Of a stretch of DNA of 64,000 nucleotides, positions 41,904-52,840 are shown piece after piece; the first letter of the stretch is position 1, and every line of letters starts with the position of its first letter. Source of the DNA: Alphaproteobacteria bacterium (lineage in GTDB: Bacteria; Pseudomonadota; Alphaproteobacteria; UBA7887); contig CBDCGL010000011.1 in assembly GCA_965216755.1 (NCBI GenBank), positions 320,001 through 384,000 of the forward strand, read 5' to 3'. Position numbers and translations under genes: made by a program. The notes under the pieces were generated by a model. The model made no database searches. It had not been told where the DNA came from and worked only from the letters and a program-made list of their open reading frames with translations.

Positions 41904-42806
41904 CTAGGCGGCGCTGACACCGGCTGGCAAATTGCTGCGGGCAACGTCGGCGAGCGATCGCAGATCGTCTGGCCTGGGGTAGGCGTTGCGCCAGACAAGT
42001 CCGATACGCCGACCGGCATTGCCTTGCAGCGGACGGACCGTTAAGTCGCGCCGATCATTGTCAGTGAGGGACAAGGCTGGCATGAGCGTACAGCCCATAC
42101 CCGCCGTAACCATTTGACGTATCGTTTCCAAACTTGTTGCACGAAGATCGGCGATGCGTGCATCACCATTGGCAGCTTTGCCGCACGCCGCCAGCGCTTG
42201 GTCGCGCAGGCAATGTCCGTCAGTCAGCAACAACAGGTCCAGGTCGCCTAGGGCCTGTTCTGTGACTTGGCTATTGAGGCCAACCGGATGATCGCGCGGC
42301 GCCAAGAGCCAAAAAGGTTCTTCGAACAACGCCACTTCGGTCAAGGCGTCGTCGTCGACGGGCAGTGCCAACAAGGCGGCATCGAGGTGGTGTCTGCGGA
42401 GGCGGCTGATTAGCGCGGCCGTCAGATCTTCGTACACCGACAGCCGCAATTGTGGATATCGTTCTCCAAGTGCCGGGACCAACCAAGGCAGAATGTAAGG
42501 TGCCAATGTTGGAATGACACCGAGATTTAGAACGCCGGACAAGGGTGCGGTTTCGGATTTCGTGAAGCTGACGATGGCATCACACTCTGCGATGATCGCC
42601 CGCGCTTTATCGACGACTCGCTGACCAACGGGCGTGATATGCAGTGCGCGATTGGTTCGCTCGAATAACTGCACGCCGAGGAAATCTTCCAATTTCTTAA
42701 GCTGTGTGCTCAAAGTGGGCTGACTGACGTGGCAGGCCGTCGCAGCACGCCCAAAGTGGCCATGGTCGGCAAGGGCAATGACGTAACGCAGTTCTTGGAG
42801 TGTCAT
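41904..42806 (-). CDS. oxyR: Hydrogen peroxide-sensing LysR regulator OxyR
   Basis: MTLQELRY, SQPTLS, GVIPTLAPY, DGHCLRDQALAAC (redox Cys pair), ATSLET. Confidence 0.93.
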   Translation of the reverse strand: MTLQELRYVIALADHGHFGRAATACHVSQPTLSTQLKKLEDFLGVQLFERTNRALHITPVGQRVVDKARAIIAECDAIVSFTKSETAPLSGVLNLGVIPTLAPYILPWLVPALGERYPQLRLSVYEDLTAALISRLRRHHLDAALLALPVDDDALTEVALFEEPFWLLAPRDHPVGLNSQVTEQALGDLDLLLLTDGHCLRDQALAACGKAANGDARIADLRATSLETIRQMVTAGMGCTLMPALSLTDNDRRDLTVRPLQGNAGRRIGLVWRNAYPRPDDLRSLADVARSNLPAGVSAA

Positions 42807-43152
42807 AGGGTCCCGTCGTTTTTTTGATTGTGTTTCACCGGTCGACAGCGATCGATACACGACCGCTAATTCGGCTCGACCGAACCGTCGAGCCGGCTTC
42901 CTTGCGATGTGAACGCACCGCCGACGAATAACCAACATGTAATGAAATGCATCAAGTCTTGTCGCAAACACGAACCGAATCTCTGATCCGCACGCGTCTT
43001 GATCATCTACGACATTTACGATGCTATTACGCGTGAGTGTTTGATTTGGATCACTCGGAGGCTGTTTTTTTGAATGCTCGTTCAGGTACGTATCGGAAAG
43101 CATGGATTGCGTTGAAAGAAAGTCCGACGGGCGACAAGAACTGATACATGTT

Positions 43153-43171
43153 AATGGTAATCACTCGCATT
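43153..43171. promoter_or_regulatory. Fur-type iron box upstream of the Fe3+ ABC operon
   Basis: AATGGTAAT-C-ACTCGCATT, a 9-1-9 imperfect palindrome 43 nt before the start codon. Confidence 0.65.
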
Positions 43172-43214
43172 TCCGATTAGGGAAGCTAGGCACACATACC
43201 AGGAGGACCACACA

Positions 43215-44270
43215 ATGAAACTCACAGAGTCAAAAACCAATTCGCCCGGCCAGTGGGGAAGGCTGGCGGCGATTACGCTCCTGGTCGCAATAGTCGCCGG
43301 CCCGCGTCTTGCGTCGGCCGAAGATGTCAATATCTACTCAGAGCGCAAAGAGGCTCTGATTCGTCCAGTCATAGACGCCTTTACCGCGGATACGGGCATA
43401 AACGTCAATCTCGTTACTGGCAAGGCGGCGCAGTTGCACGAACGCTTGGTTGCTGAGGGCGCCAACACACCGGCCGACCTGTTGATAACAGTCGACGCGG
43501 GAAATTTGCACCGGGCAAAGACCGCGGGGCTCCTGCAACCGGTGCGGTCAGATGCTCTGAATTCGGCTATTCCCGAGGCATTTCGGGACGTTGATAGTCA
43601 GTGGTTCGGCCTAAGTTTGCGCGCGCGCATCATTATTTTCGCCAATGACAGGGTCGCGGCCGGAGAGATTACGACGTACGAAGCACTGGCGGACGAGGAC
43701 TGGCGCAATCGCATCGCGATTCGATCTTCCGGTAATGTCTATAACCAGAGCTTGATCGCATCGATGATCGAGGCGCATGGCGTGGAGGGCGCCGAAGCCT
43801 GGGCGCGCGGATTGGTTGCGAATTTCGCCCGCGATCCAAAAGGTGGCGATACTGACCAGATCCGCGCCGTGGCTGCCGGCGAAGCCGATATCGCGGTTGT
43901 CAACAGCTACTATTTTGGTCGCTTGCAAGCGTCAGCGGACGAAGCGGATCGCGCCGTCGCTGAAGCTGTCACGGTCGTATTTCCCAATCAACAAGACCGC
44001 GGAACACACGTCAATGTGGCTGGTGCCGGCATTACGGCGCATGCCAAGAACGGTGATAACGCGCTCAAATTACTGGAATTCATGGCAAGCCCCGCAGGCC
44101 AGAAACTGTTCGCCGAACTGAACCACGAATTTCCCGTCACGCCGGGAATCGCGCGGTCTGAGACGGTCGCGGCTTGGGGTGAGTTCATTACCGACGGCCT
44201 GCCATTGTCGCGGCTGGGCGAACGCAACAGCGAAGCGATCCGTTTGGCTGATCGGGCCGGCTGGCGCTAG
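43215..44270 (+). CDS. fbpA: Fe(3+) ABC transporter substrate-binding protein (FbpA/FutA)
   Basis: NIYS.R, DAG.L, YNQSL, GGDTDQI, NSYY, GTHVNV, signal peptide. Confidence 0.9.
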   Translation: MKLTESKTNSPGQWGRLAAITLLVAIVAGPRLASAEDVNIYSERKEALIRPVIDAFTADTGINVNLVTGKAAQLHERLVAEGANTPADLLITVDAGNLHRAKTAGLLQPVRSDALNSAIPEAFRDVDSQWFGLSLRARIIIFANDRVAAGEITTYEALADEDWRNRIAIRSSGNVYNQSLIASMIEAHGVEGAEAWARGLVANFARDPKGGDTDQIRAVAAGEADIAVVNSYYFGRLQASADEADRAVAEAVTVVFPNQQDRGTHVNVAGAGITAHAKNGDNALKLLEFMASPAGQKLFAELNHEFPVTPGIARSETVAAWGEFITDGLPLSRLGERNSEAIRLADRAGWR

Positions 44271-44388
44271 CCTGAGTCTGACATCATTGTTGTCGCCGCG
44301 TGTGGGGACCTCTGAAACCGATCCAGGCACGCAGAGTGCCGCGCCGCAAAAATGAGCCGACGCGCAAGGCCATGACGCGCGCGCATTC

Positions 44389-46095
44389 ATGACCTCCGCG
44401 GCGATGGTCGCGAGGCCTTTTCTTGGCGTGCGGCGTATTGTGCGGTCGTCCGGCTGGGTACTGATTCCGCTGGCTGTGGCCGCGCTGGTTTCGATCCCGA
44501 TTGCTGTGGTTGTCAGTCAACTTTTGGTCCCATCTGGCGGTGTTATGGCGCACCTGGCGTCGACCGTATTGGGTCGCTACGTCGCCAATACCTTGTGGCT
44601 GATCGGTGGTGTCGGCATCGGTGTCTTGGCGATGGGAATCAGCACAGCGTGGCTGTGCAGCATGTGTGTGTTTCCAGGACGGCGCCTATTCGAATGGGCA
44701 CTGTTGCTCCCGTTAGCGGTTCCAACCTATGCGATTGGCCTCACCTACGCGGGCTTGCTGGAATATGCAGGGCCTGTGCAATCAGCTTTACGTGCCGGAT
44801 TCGGCTGGCAACGCGCGGACTACTGGTTCCCGGATATCCGTTCGTTGGGCGGCGTGGTCGTTGTCATGTCTCTGGTGCTCTACCCGTACGTCTACCTGTT
44901 GGCACGCGCCGCCTTTATTAATCAGTCCGTGTGCGTGCTTGAGATTGGACGCACGCTCGGCCGGGGCCCTTGGTATGTTTTCTTGCGCGTTGCCGTGCCG
45001 CTGGCGCGTCCGGCGATCGTGGGCGGCGCCGCGTTGGCGCTAATGGAAGCACTCAGCGACTTTGGCACGGTCCAGTATTACGGCGTCGACACGTTTACCA
45101 CCGGCATATTTCGTACATGGTTCAATTTGCACAGCGCGGTCGCCGCCGCCCAACTCTCGGCCATGTTGCTCGGCTTCGTTGTCATTCTGCTGTTGGTCGA
45201 GCAATGGAGCCGCGGCGGTGCGCGTTTTCACCATACAACCGGGCGATATCGGCCCCTGCCGCGGTACGCCTTGCGCGGCTGGTCGGCGGTAGGCGCGGTC
45301 GCGCTGTGCGGCATGCCTTTGGTGCTCGGCTTTCTTGTCCCTGCCGGCCAATTGGCGATCTGGTCAATCAAGACGGGAGCGTCCATGGTTGATGGGCGAT
45401 TTTTCAGCTACGTCCAGCATAGTTTCGTGTTGGCATTGGTTTCAGCTTTGGTCGCGGTGACGGTTGCGCTCGTTGTGTGTTATGCGGTGCGGCTGAGTCG
45501 AAGCTTGCTTGCGGCATCGGCCGGCCGACTGGCAGGCCTCGGTTATGCCATGCCCGGTTCGGTCATCGCGGTCGGCGTCTTGATGCCTTTTGCGTGGCTT
45601 GATCATGCGGTCGATGGACTTGCCCAGGCTTGGTTTGGCGTCTCGACCGGCCTGCTTCTAACCGGCGGGATCGCGGCACTGGTATTCGCCTATGTGGTTC
45701 GATTTCTGGCGCTATCGATGAACGCGGTCTCGGCTGGTTTGGCCAAGGTGACGCCGTCCATGGACGATGCCGCGCGATCCCTCGGGGCGGGCCCCGGACG
45801 CATCCTGCTGCGTGTTCATGCGCCGATCGTCGCAGGAAGCCTTTTGACCGCCGGCCTATTGGTTTTTGTCGATGTCATGAAAGAATTGCCCGCAACATTG
45901 ATCATGCGTCCATTCAATTTCGATACGCTTGCCGTGCGCGCCTATGAACTGGCTTCCGACGAGAGACTGGCAGATTCGGGGTCAGCGGCGCTCGCGATCG
46001 TAGCCGTTGGTCTGATTCCGGTACTGGTGCTCAGCCGATCCGTTACCAGGGCACGTCCGGGCGCCGCGCTCGAGGGCGGCTATGAGCGCGCTTGA
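44389..46095 (+). CDS. fbpB: Fe(3+) ABC transporter permease
   Basis: Duplicated permease domains, YPYVYL.ARAAF, MEALSDFG, MKELPATL..RPFNF.TLA. Confidence 0.9.
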   Translation: MTSAAMVARPFLGVRRIVRSSGWVLIPLAVAALVSIPIAVVVSQLLVPSGGVMAHLASTVLGRYVANTLWLIGGVGIGVLAMGISTAWLCSMCVFPGRRLFEWALLLPLAVPTYAIGLTYAGLLEYAGPVQSALRAGFGWQRADYWFPDIRSLGGVVVVMSLVLYPYVYLLARAAFINQSVCVLEIGRTLGRGPWYVFLRVAVPLARPAIVGGAALALMEALSDFGTVQYYGVDTFTTGIFRTWFNLHSAVAAAQLSAMLLGFVVILLLVEQWSRGGARFHHTTGRYRPLPRYALRGWSAVGAVALCGMPLVLGFLVPAGQLAIWSIKTGASMVDGRFFSYVQHSFVLALVSALVAVTVALVVCYAVRLSRSLLAASAGRLAGLGYAMPGSVIAVGVLMPFAWLDHAVDGLAQAWFGVSTGLLLTGGIAALVFAYVVRFLALSMNAVSAGLAKVTPSMDDAARSLGAGPGRILLRVHAPIVAGSLLTAGLLVFVDVMKELPATLIMRPFNFDTLAVRAYELASDERLADSGSAALAIVAVGLIPVLVLSRSVTRARPGAALEGGYERA

Positions 46096-47134
46096 TATCG
46101 ACAATATCAGCCATAGTTATGGCGATCGTGAGGTCGTCCATGGGCTAAGCCTCGCCGTCGCACCGGGATCGATTGTTTGCCTTCTGGGGCCTTCCGGTTG
46201 CGGCAAAACCACGGTTTTGCGCCTTGTCGCGGGGTTGGAAACGCTGCGGCACGGTCGTATTGCCATTGAGGGGCGGACGGTCGCGGGCGACGGCGTCACC
46301 ATTCCGCCCGAAGGCCGCAGAGTCGGTCTGATGTTCCAAGATTTCGCGCTATTTCCGCATCTGTCGGTCATCGACAATGTGCAGTTCGGCTTGGGTGATA
46401 TACCGGCCACCGGGCGACGGGCGATTGCTGAGCGCGCATTGGACCAGGTTGGCTTGGCCCACGCGGCGCGCGCCTTTCCTCATACGTTGTCGGGCGGTGA
46501 GCAACAAAGGGTGGCTCTGGCGCGGGCGCTGGCGCCGCGGCCAAACGTGCTGTTGCTCGATGAGCCGTTCTCCGAGCTTGACGTGCGCCTGCGCGAAGGC
46601 TTGCGCCGTCGTACCGCCGACCTGCTCAATGACGCGGGCATAACGACATTATTGGTCACGCACGATCCGGAAGAGGCGATGCTCATGGCTGACCAAATTG
46701 CCCTTATGCGGAACGGGCGGATTGAGCAAATTGGTCGGCCGGTCGATCTATACCGTGCGCCAATATCGCCGTTTTGTGCGGAATTCTTGGGTGAAACCAA
46801 TAGGATCGAGGGCTGCGTTGAGAACTCCCAAGTACGGACGCCGCTGGCAACGCTCGATGCGAATGGTCATGCGGAGGGAACAAGAGTGGTGATCTTGATA
46901 CGTCCCGAAGGCCTTCGAATATCGCGGGATAATGGTGTTCGAGCCGTGGTGGTCGGCGCCCGGAGTGTCGGACCATCGACGCTGGTAAGGGTGAGGTTGG
47001 CGCCGATCGACGGTCAGCAAGACCTGGAATTGGTCGCGCGGTTACCGATATATGAGGCCTTGGCGCCAAATTCCGAGCTTCGACTGCGGCTGGATCGGGC
47101 GATGGCATTTGTATTTCCGGCCGCAGACCGCTAA
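46082..47134 (+). CDS. fbpC: Fe(3+) ABC transporter ATP-binding protein
   Basis: GPSGCGKT, LSGGEQQRVALARAL, LLLDEPF, VTHD. Confidence 0.9.
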   Translation: MSALDIDNISHSYGDREVVHGLSLAVAPGSIVCLLGPSGCGKTTVLRLVAGLETLRHGRIAIEGRTVAGDGVTIPPEGRRVGLMFQDFALFPHLSVIDNVQFGLGDIPATGRRAIAERALDQVGLAHAARAFPHTLSGGEQQRVALARALAPRPNVLLLDEPFSELDVRLREGLRRRTADLLNDAGITTLLVTHDPEEAMLMADQIALMRNGRIEQIGRPVDLYRAPISPFCAEFLGETNRIEGCVENSQVRTPLATLDANGHAEGTRVVILIRPEGLRISRDNGVRAVVVGARSVGPSTLVRVRLAPIDGQQDLELVARLPIYEALAPNSELRLRLDRAMAFVFPAADR

Positions 47135-47232
47135 GAACTAAGCTAAGTGGCCTGCTTTATCCCGTCACGAGTCTGTCACCATCAGGTGTGTGGACGAGAG
47201 CGAGCACGGCAAATCGATTGGAGATACGTGAA

Positions 47233-47469
47233 ATGAGCATTGGCATCTGGCAAATCGTCCTGATCTTGGTGATCGTCTTGATCCTTTTTGGCGCCGGCAA
47301 GTTGCCGCGCGTCATGGGCGATATTGCCAAGGGTGTAAAGAGCTTCAAGGCGGGCTTGAAGGAGGATGAGTTGGCAGAGGACGACAGCCCGAAAGAAGTT
47401 CCTCACGCGCAGGCGAGTACCGCCGCCGAACCGGCTACGGCGAAGAGCGACGAGCCGGCGAAGACGTAA
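47233..47469 (+). CDS. tatA: Twin-arginine translocase TatA
   Basis: MSIGIWQIVLILVIVLILFGAGKLPRVMGD.AKG.KSFK. Confidence 0.95.
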   Translation: MSIGIWQIVLILVIVLILFGAGKLPRVMGDIAKGVKSFKAGLKEDELAEDDSPKEVPHAQASTAAEPATAKSDEPAKT

Positions 47470-47529
47470 TCGCATTGATGTTCGGCGGTCGCGATCGGGC
47501 GCGGCCGGCGTGAATGGGCGCGGATAGAC

Positions 47530-48150
47530 ATGTTCGACATCGGCTGGAGCGAGATGGCGATTGTTGCCGTCATTGCGCTATTTGTCATTGGCCCCAAGGA
47601 ACTCCCTAAAGCGCTGCGAACGTTTGGGCGCTATGCCGGCAAGGTGCGTGCCATGGCGCGCGAATTCCAGGCAAGCATTGACGAGGCTGTGCGCGAATCC
47701 GAGCTCGACGAAGTTAAGAAACAGATTGAAAACGCCGGAAAGCTCAACCCGACTAAGGCGTTGACGGATACAATTGATCCCAAGGGCCAGCTTCGCGAGG
47801 CCATGGATTTCTCGAAGACGGCGCTTTCCGACGCGGCCGACGAATCCATCGACGAAACAGGGCCACCGACCGCGGGTGGAAAACAGCAGCCTGTTGAAGG
47901 TGCGAAATCGGCCGCAGCGTCGAAACCTCTTGGACCGCCGGGGTGGACGAAGGCGGCGGGTAAGCACGCGACGCCGGCGAAGCCGGTTGTCGAGCGTTCT
48001 GTGACGGCATCGCAACCTGGATCAAGCACGGGCGACGAGGCAGCACCGACCGACCGCGGTGCGTCTCAAAGTGCGCCTGAGGGCGGTCCTGATAACCCGA
48101 TAGAGACGGCCGCGCCAGTCTCCGCACCAACCTCAAAGACCGGCACGTAA
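47530..48150 (+). CDS. tatB: Twin-arginine translocase TatB
   Basis: MFDIGWSE...VIGPKELP. Confidence 0.95.
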   Translation: MFDIGWSEMAIVAVIALFVIGPKELPKALRTFGRYAGKVRAMAREFQASIDEAVRESELDEVKKQIENAGKLNPTKALTDTIDPKGQLREAMDFSKTALSDAADESIDETGPPTAGGKQQPVEGAKSAAASKPLGPPGWTKAAGKHATPAKPVVERSVTASQPGSSTGDEAAPTDRGASQSAPEGGPDNPIETAAPVSAPTSKTGT

Positions 48151-48154
48151 TCGC

Positions 48155-49060
48155 GTGACAAGTGACGACCGAGAATCGGAAATCGAGGCGTCAAAGGCGC
48201 CATTGATAGAACACTTGATAGAGTTGCGGAATCGCCTGATGTATTCGGTGATCGCGCTTTTCATATGTTTTATAGGTGCTTATTTTGTCGCGGAAGATAT
48301 TTACGGGTTCTTGGTAAAACCATTAGCGGAGATCTATCAAGATCTTGGTATAGAAAACCCAAGAATGATATACACGGCTCTGCATGAAGCATTTTTTACA
48401 TATTTGAAAGTTGCATTTTGGACTGCTGTATTTGTTTCATTTCCGGTCATGGCTAGCCAAGTATGGATGTTTGTTGCGCCGGGCCTTTATCGCAATGAAC
48501 GATCGGCGTTTATGCCGTTTTTGGTTGCAACTCCTGTATTGTTTACTCTTGGAGCTTCATTAGTCTATTTCTTTATTTTTCCGCTGGCTTGGCGATTTTT
48601 CCTCGGTTTCCAAACGCCCGGCGTTGAGGGCGGTTTGGCCATCGAGCTAGAGGCCAAAGTCAATGAGTATTTGTCGCTCGTTTTGCGCCTCATGTTCGCC
48701 TTTGGGCTCGCGTTTCAACTACCTGTCGCGTTGACTTTGCTGGCGCGGGCCGACTTGGTAACGTCCAAGACACTGGCCCAGAAACGGAAGTACGCGATTG
48801 TTTTCGCCTTTATCGGCGCGGCGATCCTGACGCCACCAGACTTGATTAGCCAGATCGGACTCGGTCTGCCCGTGATTGTCCTTTATGAGATTTCGATCGT
48901 ATTGGCGCGAATGGCAGAGAAGCGGCGCGCGGCGCGCGACGCTGAAGAGGCTGCACGAGAGACTGAGGTTGACGGGGACCGGTCATCGCAGGCGCGCACG
49001 CGGTCCGCGGGCGCCGGGCTCGACGATGGCGGTGAGGAGACAGACTTTAACTACAGCTAG
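48155..49060 (+). CDS. tatC: Twin-arginine translocase TatC
   Basis: PLIEHLIELRNRL, FVAPGLY, FQLP, AAILTPPD. Confidence 0.96.
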   Translation: MTSDDRESEIEASKAPLIEHLIELRNRLMYSVIALFICFIGAYFVAEDIYGFLVKPLAEIYQDLGIENPRMIYTALHEAFFTYLKVAFWTAVFVSFPVMASQVWMFVAPGLYRNERSAFMPFLVATPVLFTLGASLVYFFIFPLAWRFFLGFQTPGVEGGLAIELEAKVNEYLSLVLRLMFAFGLAFQLPVALTLLARADLVTSKTLAQKRKYAIVFAFIGAAILTPPDLISQIGLGLPVIVLYEISIVLARMAEKRRAARDAEEAARETEVDGDRSSQARTRSAGAGLDDGGEETDFNYS

Positions 49061-49398
49061 GTTTTGTTGCGGCGCTATTTTTTCGATGCGCACGTAGCCG
49101 CGCCGCATAAGTGTTGAATTCGCCTGACAAATGCCAAGTAAGTCACTCTGTTACAACGGCGAAACCGTGTCGGCCTCTGTACAAAATGGTGACGACAGGG
49201 TCAAGGTCGCAAATTTGGCAGTTGCATTTGCCGTTCGCAAATGCCAAATGAGCGACGCCAGAGTTGCACGTCACCATGACGTATCTTGTTACGCCGCTGT
49301 CGCGTTTTGCCAAGCTACCCTTGGATATTGTGCACATCTCGAAGACCCGTCCTGCCCTACCATGGGTCGGCCGGACCCACCTGACGAAAGGAGTAGCT

Positions 49399-49608
49399 AT
49401 GGCTACCGGTACTGTTAAATGGTTTAACCCAACAAAAGGCTTTGGGTTCATCCAACCCAGCGATGGCTCGAAGGATGCTTTTGTGCACATTTCTGCCGTT
49501 GAGCGCGCCGGGCTGCACAGCCTGCGCGAGGGGCAAAAAGTGGAATATGATCTCGTGCCCGGCCGCAACGGCAAATCGTCGGCTGAGAATCTAGTCGCCC
49601 TGGATTAA
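49399..49608 (+). CDS. cspA: Cold-shock protein
   Basis: GTVKWFNPTKGFGFI, FVHISAV; AAGGAG RBS. Confidence 0.95.
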   Translation: MATGTVKWFNPTKGFGFIQPSDGSKDAFVHISAVERAGLHSLREGQKVEYDLVPGRNGKSSAENLVALD

Positions 49609-49785
49609 TCAGCGGCTATACAGAGCGCCCATCGCGCTGCAGTGCTTGACGCAGCGGCGTGGGCTAGACGCTGGATGTGGGTCGGGTCGTCGGCAGCGCA
49701 CGCTGTTGGCACGCCTGACCCACAGGCGGCCGTCGGTGCCGCTGCTAACGGTACCGGTCGCGACGACAGGGGAGCACAACACCAA

Positions 49786-49965
49786 ATGGCCCGCAAACCC
49801 AACTATGGATTTGAGCGCCGAGAGCGCGAACGGCTCAAAGCTGAAAAGAAAGCCAAGAAGGCTCGTGCGAAACACGAAAAGGCGGAAAAGAGCAAATCCG
49901 AGTCGGATGTGACGGAGTTGCCAGGTGACGAAGATACGGCGGACGCCAGTCCGGATCGTTCCTGA
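49786..49965 (+). CDS. Small basic/acidic hypothetical protein (59 aa)
   Basis: AGGGGAG RBS; MARKPNYGFERRERERLKAEKKAKK. Confidence 0.75.
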   Translation: MARKPNYGFERRERERLKAEKKAKKARAKHEKAEKSKSESDVTELPGDEDTADASPDRS

Positions 49966-50062
49966 ACCACTTTTCCGACGGCCATTTGTTGGCGGGAAAG
50001 CACGCTAGACCCAGGGTCGCGTGCGGCGTATACAGGACCGTCCACGTCAACGCAGTGTTTTC

Positions 50063-51337
50063 ATGTTTGATCTAAAATGGGTGCGTGAGCATCCGGCGGA
50101 CTTCGATGCCGCGATGGCGCGCCGTGGGGTGCCGCCACAGGCCGACGCGATTGTCGCGCTCGACGCCCGTCGTCGTAAGGTTATTGCCGATAACCAAGTT
50201 GTTCAGCAACGACGTAACGCCGCGTCCAAAGCCATCGGCGCGGCAAAATCTCGCGGCGAAGACGCGCAGGAGCTCATCGCTGAAGTCGCGTCGCTCAAGT
50301 CACGCTTGGCTGATGGCGAGGAGGCCGCGCGTGCCGTCGATGATGAAATTCGGTCGGTATTGGCAGCGTTGCCCAATATTCCGGCAACTGAGGTGCCCGA
50401 TGGCGCCGACGAAACTAGCAATGTCGAAGTACGGCGCGTCGGACGGCCGCGCACACCTGACTTCGAACCGCGCCAGCATTTCGACCTTGGCGCCGACCTT
50501 GGACAAATGGACTTCGACACGGCGGTGCGCATGTCTGGCGCTCGTTTTGTCGCGCTCAGGGGGCCGCTTGCCCGGTTAGAGCGCGCGTTGGCCACATTTA
50601 TGCTCGAGTTGCAGACCAGCGAGCACGGTTACCAAGAAGTCAGTCCACCCTATTTGGTTCGTGACGAAGCCCTATTCGGCACGGGTCAACTGCCAAAATT
50701 CGCCGAAGATCTGTTTCGCACGACCGCTGATCATTGGCTGGTGCCCACAGCCGAGGTGCCGCTGACCAATTTGGTTCTGAATCAGATCATCGATGCCGCC
50801 AAATTGCCCATGCGGGTCTGCGCGCACACCCCGTGTTTCCGCGCGGAGGCTGGCGCGGCAGGCAAAGACACGCGCGGCATGATCAGGTTACACCAGTTCA
50901 ACAAGGTTGAGCTGGTGTCAATCGTTGCGCCCGATCAATCGGAAGACGAACTTGAACGCATGACCAATTGTGCCGAGGAGGTGCTTAAGCGCCTGGACCT
51001 CGCCTATCGGGTTGTCCTGCTGTCGGCTGGCGACATGGGGTTTGCCGCACGCAAGACTTATGATCTAGAGGTTTGGTTGCCCGGCCAAGAAAGGTATCGA
51101 GAAATCTCAAGCTGTTCAAACTGCGGAGACTTTCAGGCGCGACGCATGGATGCACGATTGCGAATTCAGGGCGAGAAGGGGACCCAATTCGTTCACACGT
51201 TGAACGGCTCGGGACTGGCCGTCGGGCGGACGCTGGTTGCGGTCATGGAGACCTACCAAAACGCCGATGGAACAATCACGGTGCCAGAAGTCTTGCGTCC
51301 GTACATGGGTGGCGTTGGCGTTATTGGGCCGCTATGA
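50063..51337 (+). CDS. serS: Serine--tRNA ligase
   Basis: [42 protein letters not shown]. Confidence 0.98.
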   Translation: MFDLKWVREHPADFDAAMARRGVPPQADAIVALDARRRKVIADNQVVQQRRNAASKAIGAAKSRGEDAQELIAEVASLKSRLADGEEAARAVDDEIRSVLAALPNIPATEVPDGADETSNVEVRRVGRPRTPDFEPRQHFDLGADLGQMDFDTAVRMSGARFVALRGPLARLERALATFMLELQTSEHGYQEVSPPYLVRDEALFGTGQLPKFAEDLFRTTADHWLVPTAEVPLTNLVLNQIIDAAKLPMRVCAHTPCFRAEAGAAGKDTRGMIRLHQFNKVELVSIVAPDQSEDELERMTNCAEEVLKRLDLAYRVVLLSAGDMGFAARKTYDLEVWLPGQERYREISSCSNCGDFQARRMDARLRIQGEKGTQFVHTLNGSGLAVGRTLVAVMETYQNADGTITVPEVLRPYMGGVGVIGPL

Positions 51338-52107
51338 GCGACCTTCGGGGGCAGCGTATTCTCCTGTCAAACGACGATGGGATCAATGCGACGGGTCTGG
51401 AGCGCCTTGAGCGAATCGCGCGCCAACTGAGCGACGACGTCTGGATTGTCGCGCCTGAAACGGACCAAAGTGGTGCGTCGCACTCGCTGACCTTGTCGCA
51501 ACCCGTGCGGGCGCGAAAATTGTCCGAGCACAAATTCGCGGTCGACGGCACACCCACAGACTCTGTTTTGATGGCGGTCTTGGAACTGGTGCCGGGGCGG
51601 AAGCCGGATCTTGTTTTGTCCGGGGTCAATCGTGGCGGCAATCTCGGCGAGGACGTGACCTATTCTGGTACGATTGCGGCGGCGATGGAGGGCGCGTTGC
51701 TGGGTATTCCATCGATCGCGTTGAGCCAGGTTACGGGCCCTGGACGGCGCGCCAAGTGGGCCACTGCCGAACAGCACGCCCCAGAGATCATTCGTCAATT
51801 GGTTGACACGCGTTGGCCGAGCAATGTCTTGATCAACGTGAATTTCCCGGATGTGGTCGAGGACCGGGTGCGAGGTGTTCAAGTCTCGAGACAGGGCCGG
51901 CGCAAGCCGGGATCGCGGCTTGACCGGCGTGTCGATCCGCGCGATCGCCCCTACTACTGGATCAGCTCTGCTCGCAGCGAAGAACCGAGTTTAGAGGGCT
52001 CAGATCTGGCGGCGATCAACCAAGACAAGATCGCGATCACACCATTGCACCTGGATCTGACCCACCAGGAAACATGTGCTAGTTTGCGCGACGCGTTGGC
52101 CTGGTAG
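51334..52107 (+). CDS. surE: 5'/3'-nucleotidase SurE
   Basis: [35 protein letters not shown]. Confidence 0.96.
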   Translation: MSDLRGQRILLSNDDGINATGLERLERIARQLSDDVWIVAPETDQSGASHSLTLSQPVRARKLSEHKFAVDGTPTDSVLMAVLELVPGRKPDLVLSGVNRGGNLGEDVTYSGTIAAAMEGALLGIPSIALSQVTGPGRRAKWATAEQHAPEIIRQLVDTRWPSNVLINVNFPDVVEDRVRGVQVSRQGRRKPGSRLDRRVDPRDRPYYWISSARSEEPSLEGSDLAAINQDKIAITPLHLDLTHQETCASLRDALAW

Positions 52108-52161
52108 ACTCGCTGGCGATGTAGCGGCCGAGAACACGCGGACGGCACGGGGGGCGTTCGG

Positions 52162-52827
52162 ATGAGCGCAGCGACGGACAAGGCCCGTTTGATACTTCAA
52201 ATTCGCAAGTTGGGGATTACCGACATGCGAATTCTCGACGCATTTGAATCGACGCCGCGCGAGATGTTCGTGCTCAACGAATTCGCCGACTTCGCTTACG
52301 ACGACCGCGCCCTGCCGATTGCTTGTGAGCAAACCATTAGTCAGCCGAGCCTGGTCGCACTGATGACAGAGGCACTCCATATCGGAGCGCGGATGAAAGT
52401 CTTGGAGGTCGGTACCGGATCAGGTTATCAGACAGCGATATTGGCCAAACTTTCCCGGCGCGTTTACACCGTTGAAAGGCATAGGGATTTGCTTGGGGCC
52501 GCGGCACGACGTTTCGCGGCGCTTAATCTGCACAACATAACAACGCGGGTTGGCGATGGCTCGCTGGGATGGCCAGAGCAAGCGCCATTCGAACGGATCA
52601 TGGTGACTGCCGCGGCCGCCGAAGTGCCGCGGACGTTGCTTGACCAGTTGGCGCCTGGTGGCGAAATGGTGATTCCGCTGGGCCCCGCTGGTGGCGAGCA
52701 GATGTTGTGTCGCGTCACCCGCGGCAAAGACGATCCTGATGCCATAGAGCGCGAACCGCTCGTTCCGGTCCAGTTTGTGCCATTGGTTGAGGGGCGCACA
52801 CAGGTGGCTACGACCCAGTCGACATGA
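52162..52827 (+). CDS. pcm: Protein-L-isoaspartate O-methyltransferase
   Basis: QTISQP, VLEVGTGSGYQ, GWPEQAPF, FVPLV; surE-pcm-nlpD synteny. Confidence 0.95.
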   Translation: MSAATDKARLILQIRKLGITDMRILDAFESTPREMFVLNEFADFAYDDRALPIACEQTISQPSLVALMTEALHIGARMKVLEVGTGSGYQTAILAKLSRRVYTVERHRDLLGAAARRFAALNLHNITTRVGDGSLGWPEQAPFERIMVTAAAAEVPRTLLDQLAPGGEMVIPLGPAGGEQMLCRVTRGKDDPDAIEREPLVPVQFVPLVEGRTQVATTQST

Positions 52828-52840
52828 GAAAACTGCGCCA

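Noticed and set aside
42807-43103. 99-aa N-terminal extension of OxyR
   Set aside because: The LysR HTH begins at ATG 42806; the extension crosses the oxyR/fbpA promoter region.
48200-48600. AT-richer stretch in tatC (and in the argS 3' end) as foreign DNA
   Set aside because: Both are intact core genes in conserved synteny; Phe/Ile/Tyr-rich membrane segments explain much of the tatC bias.
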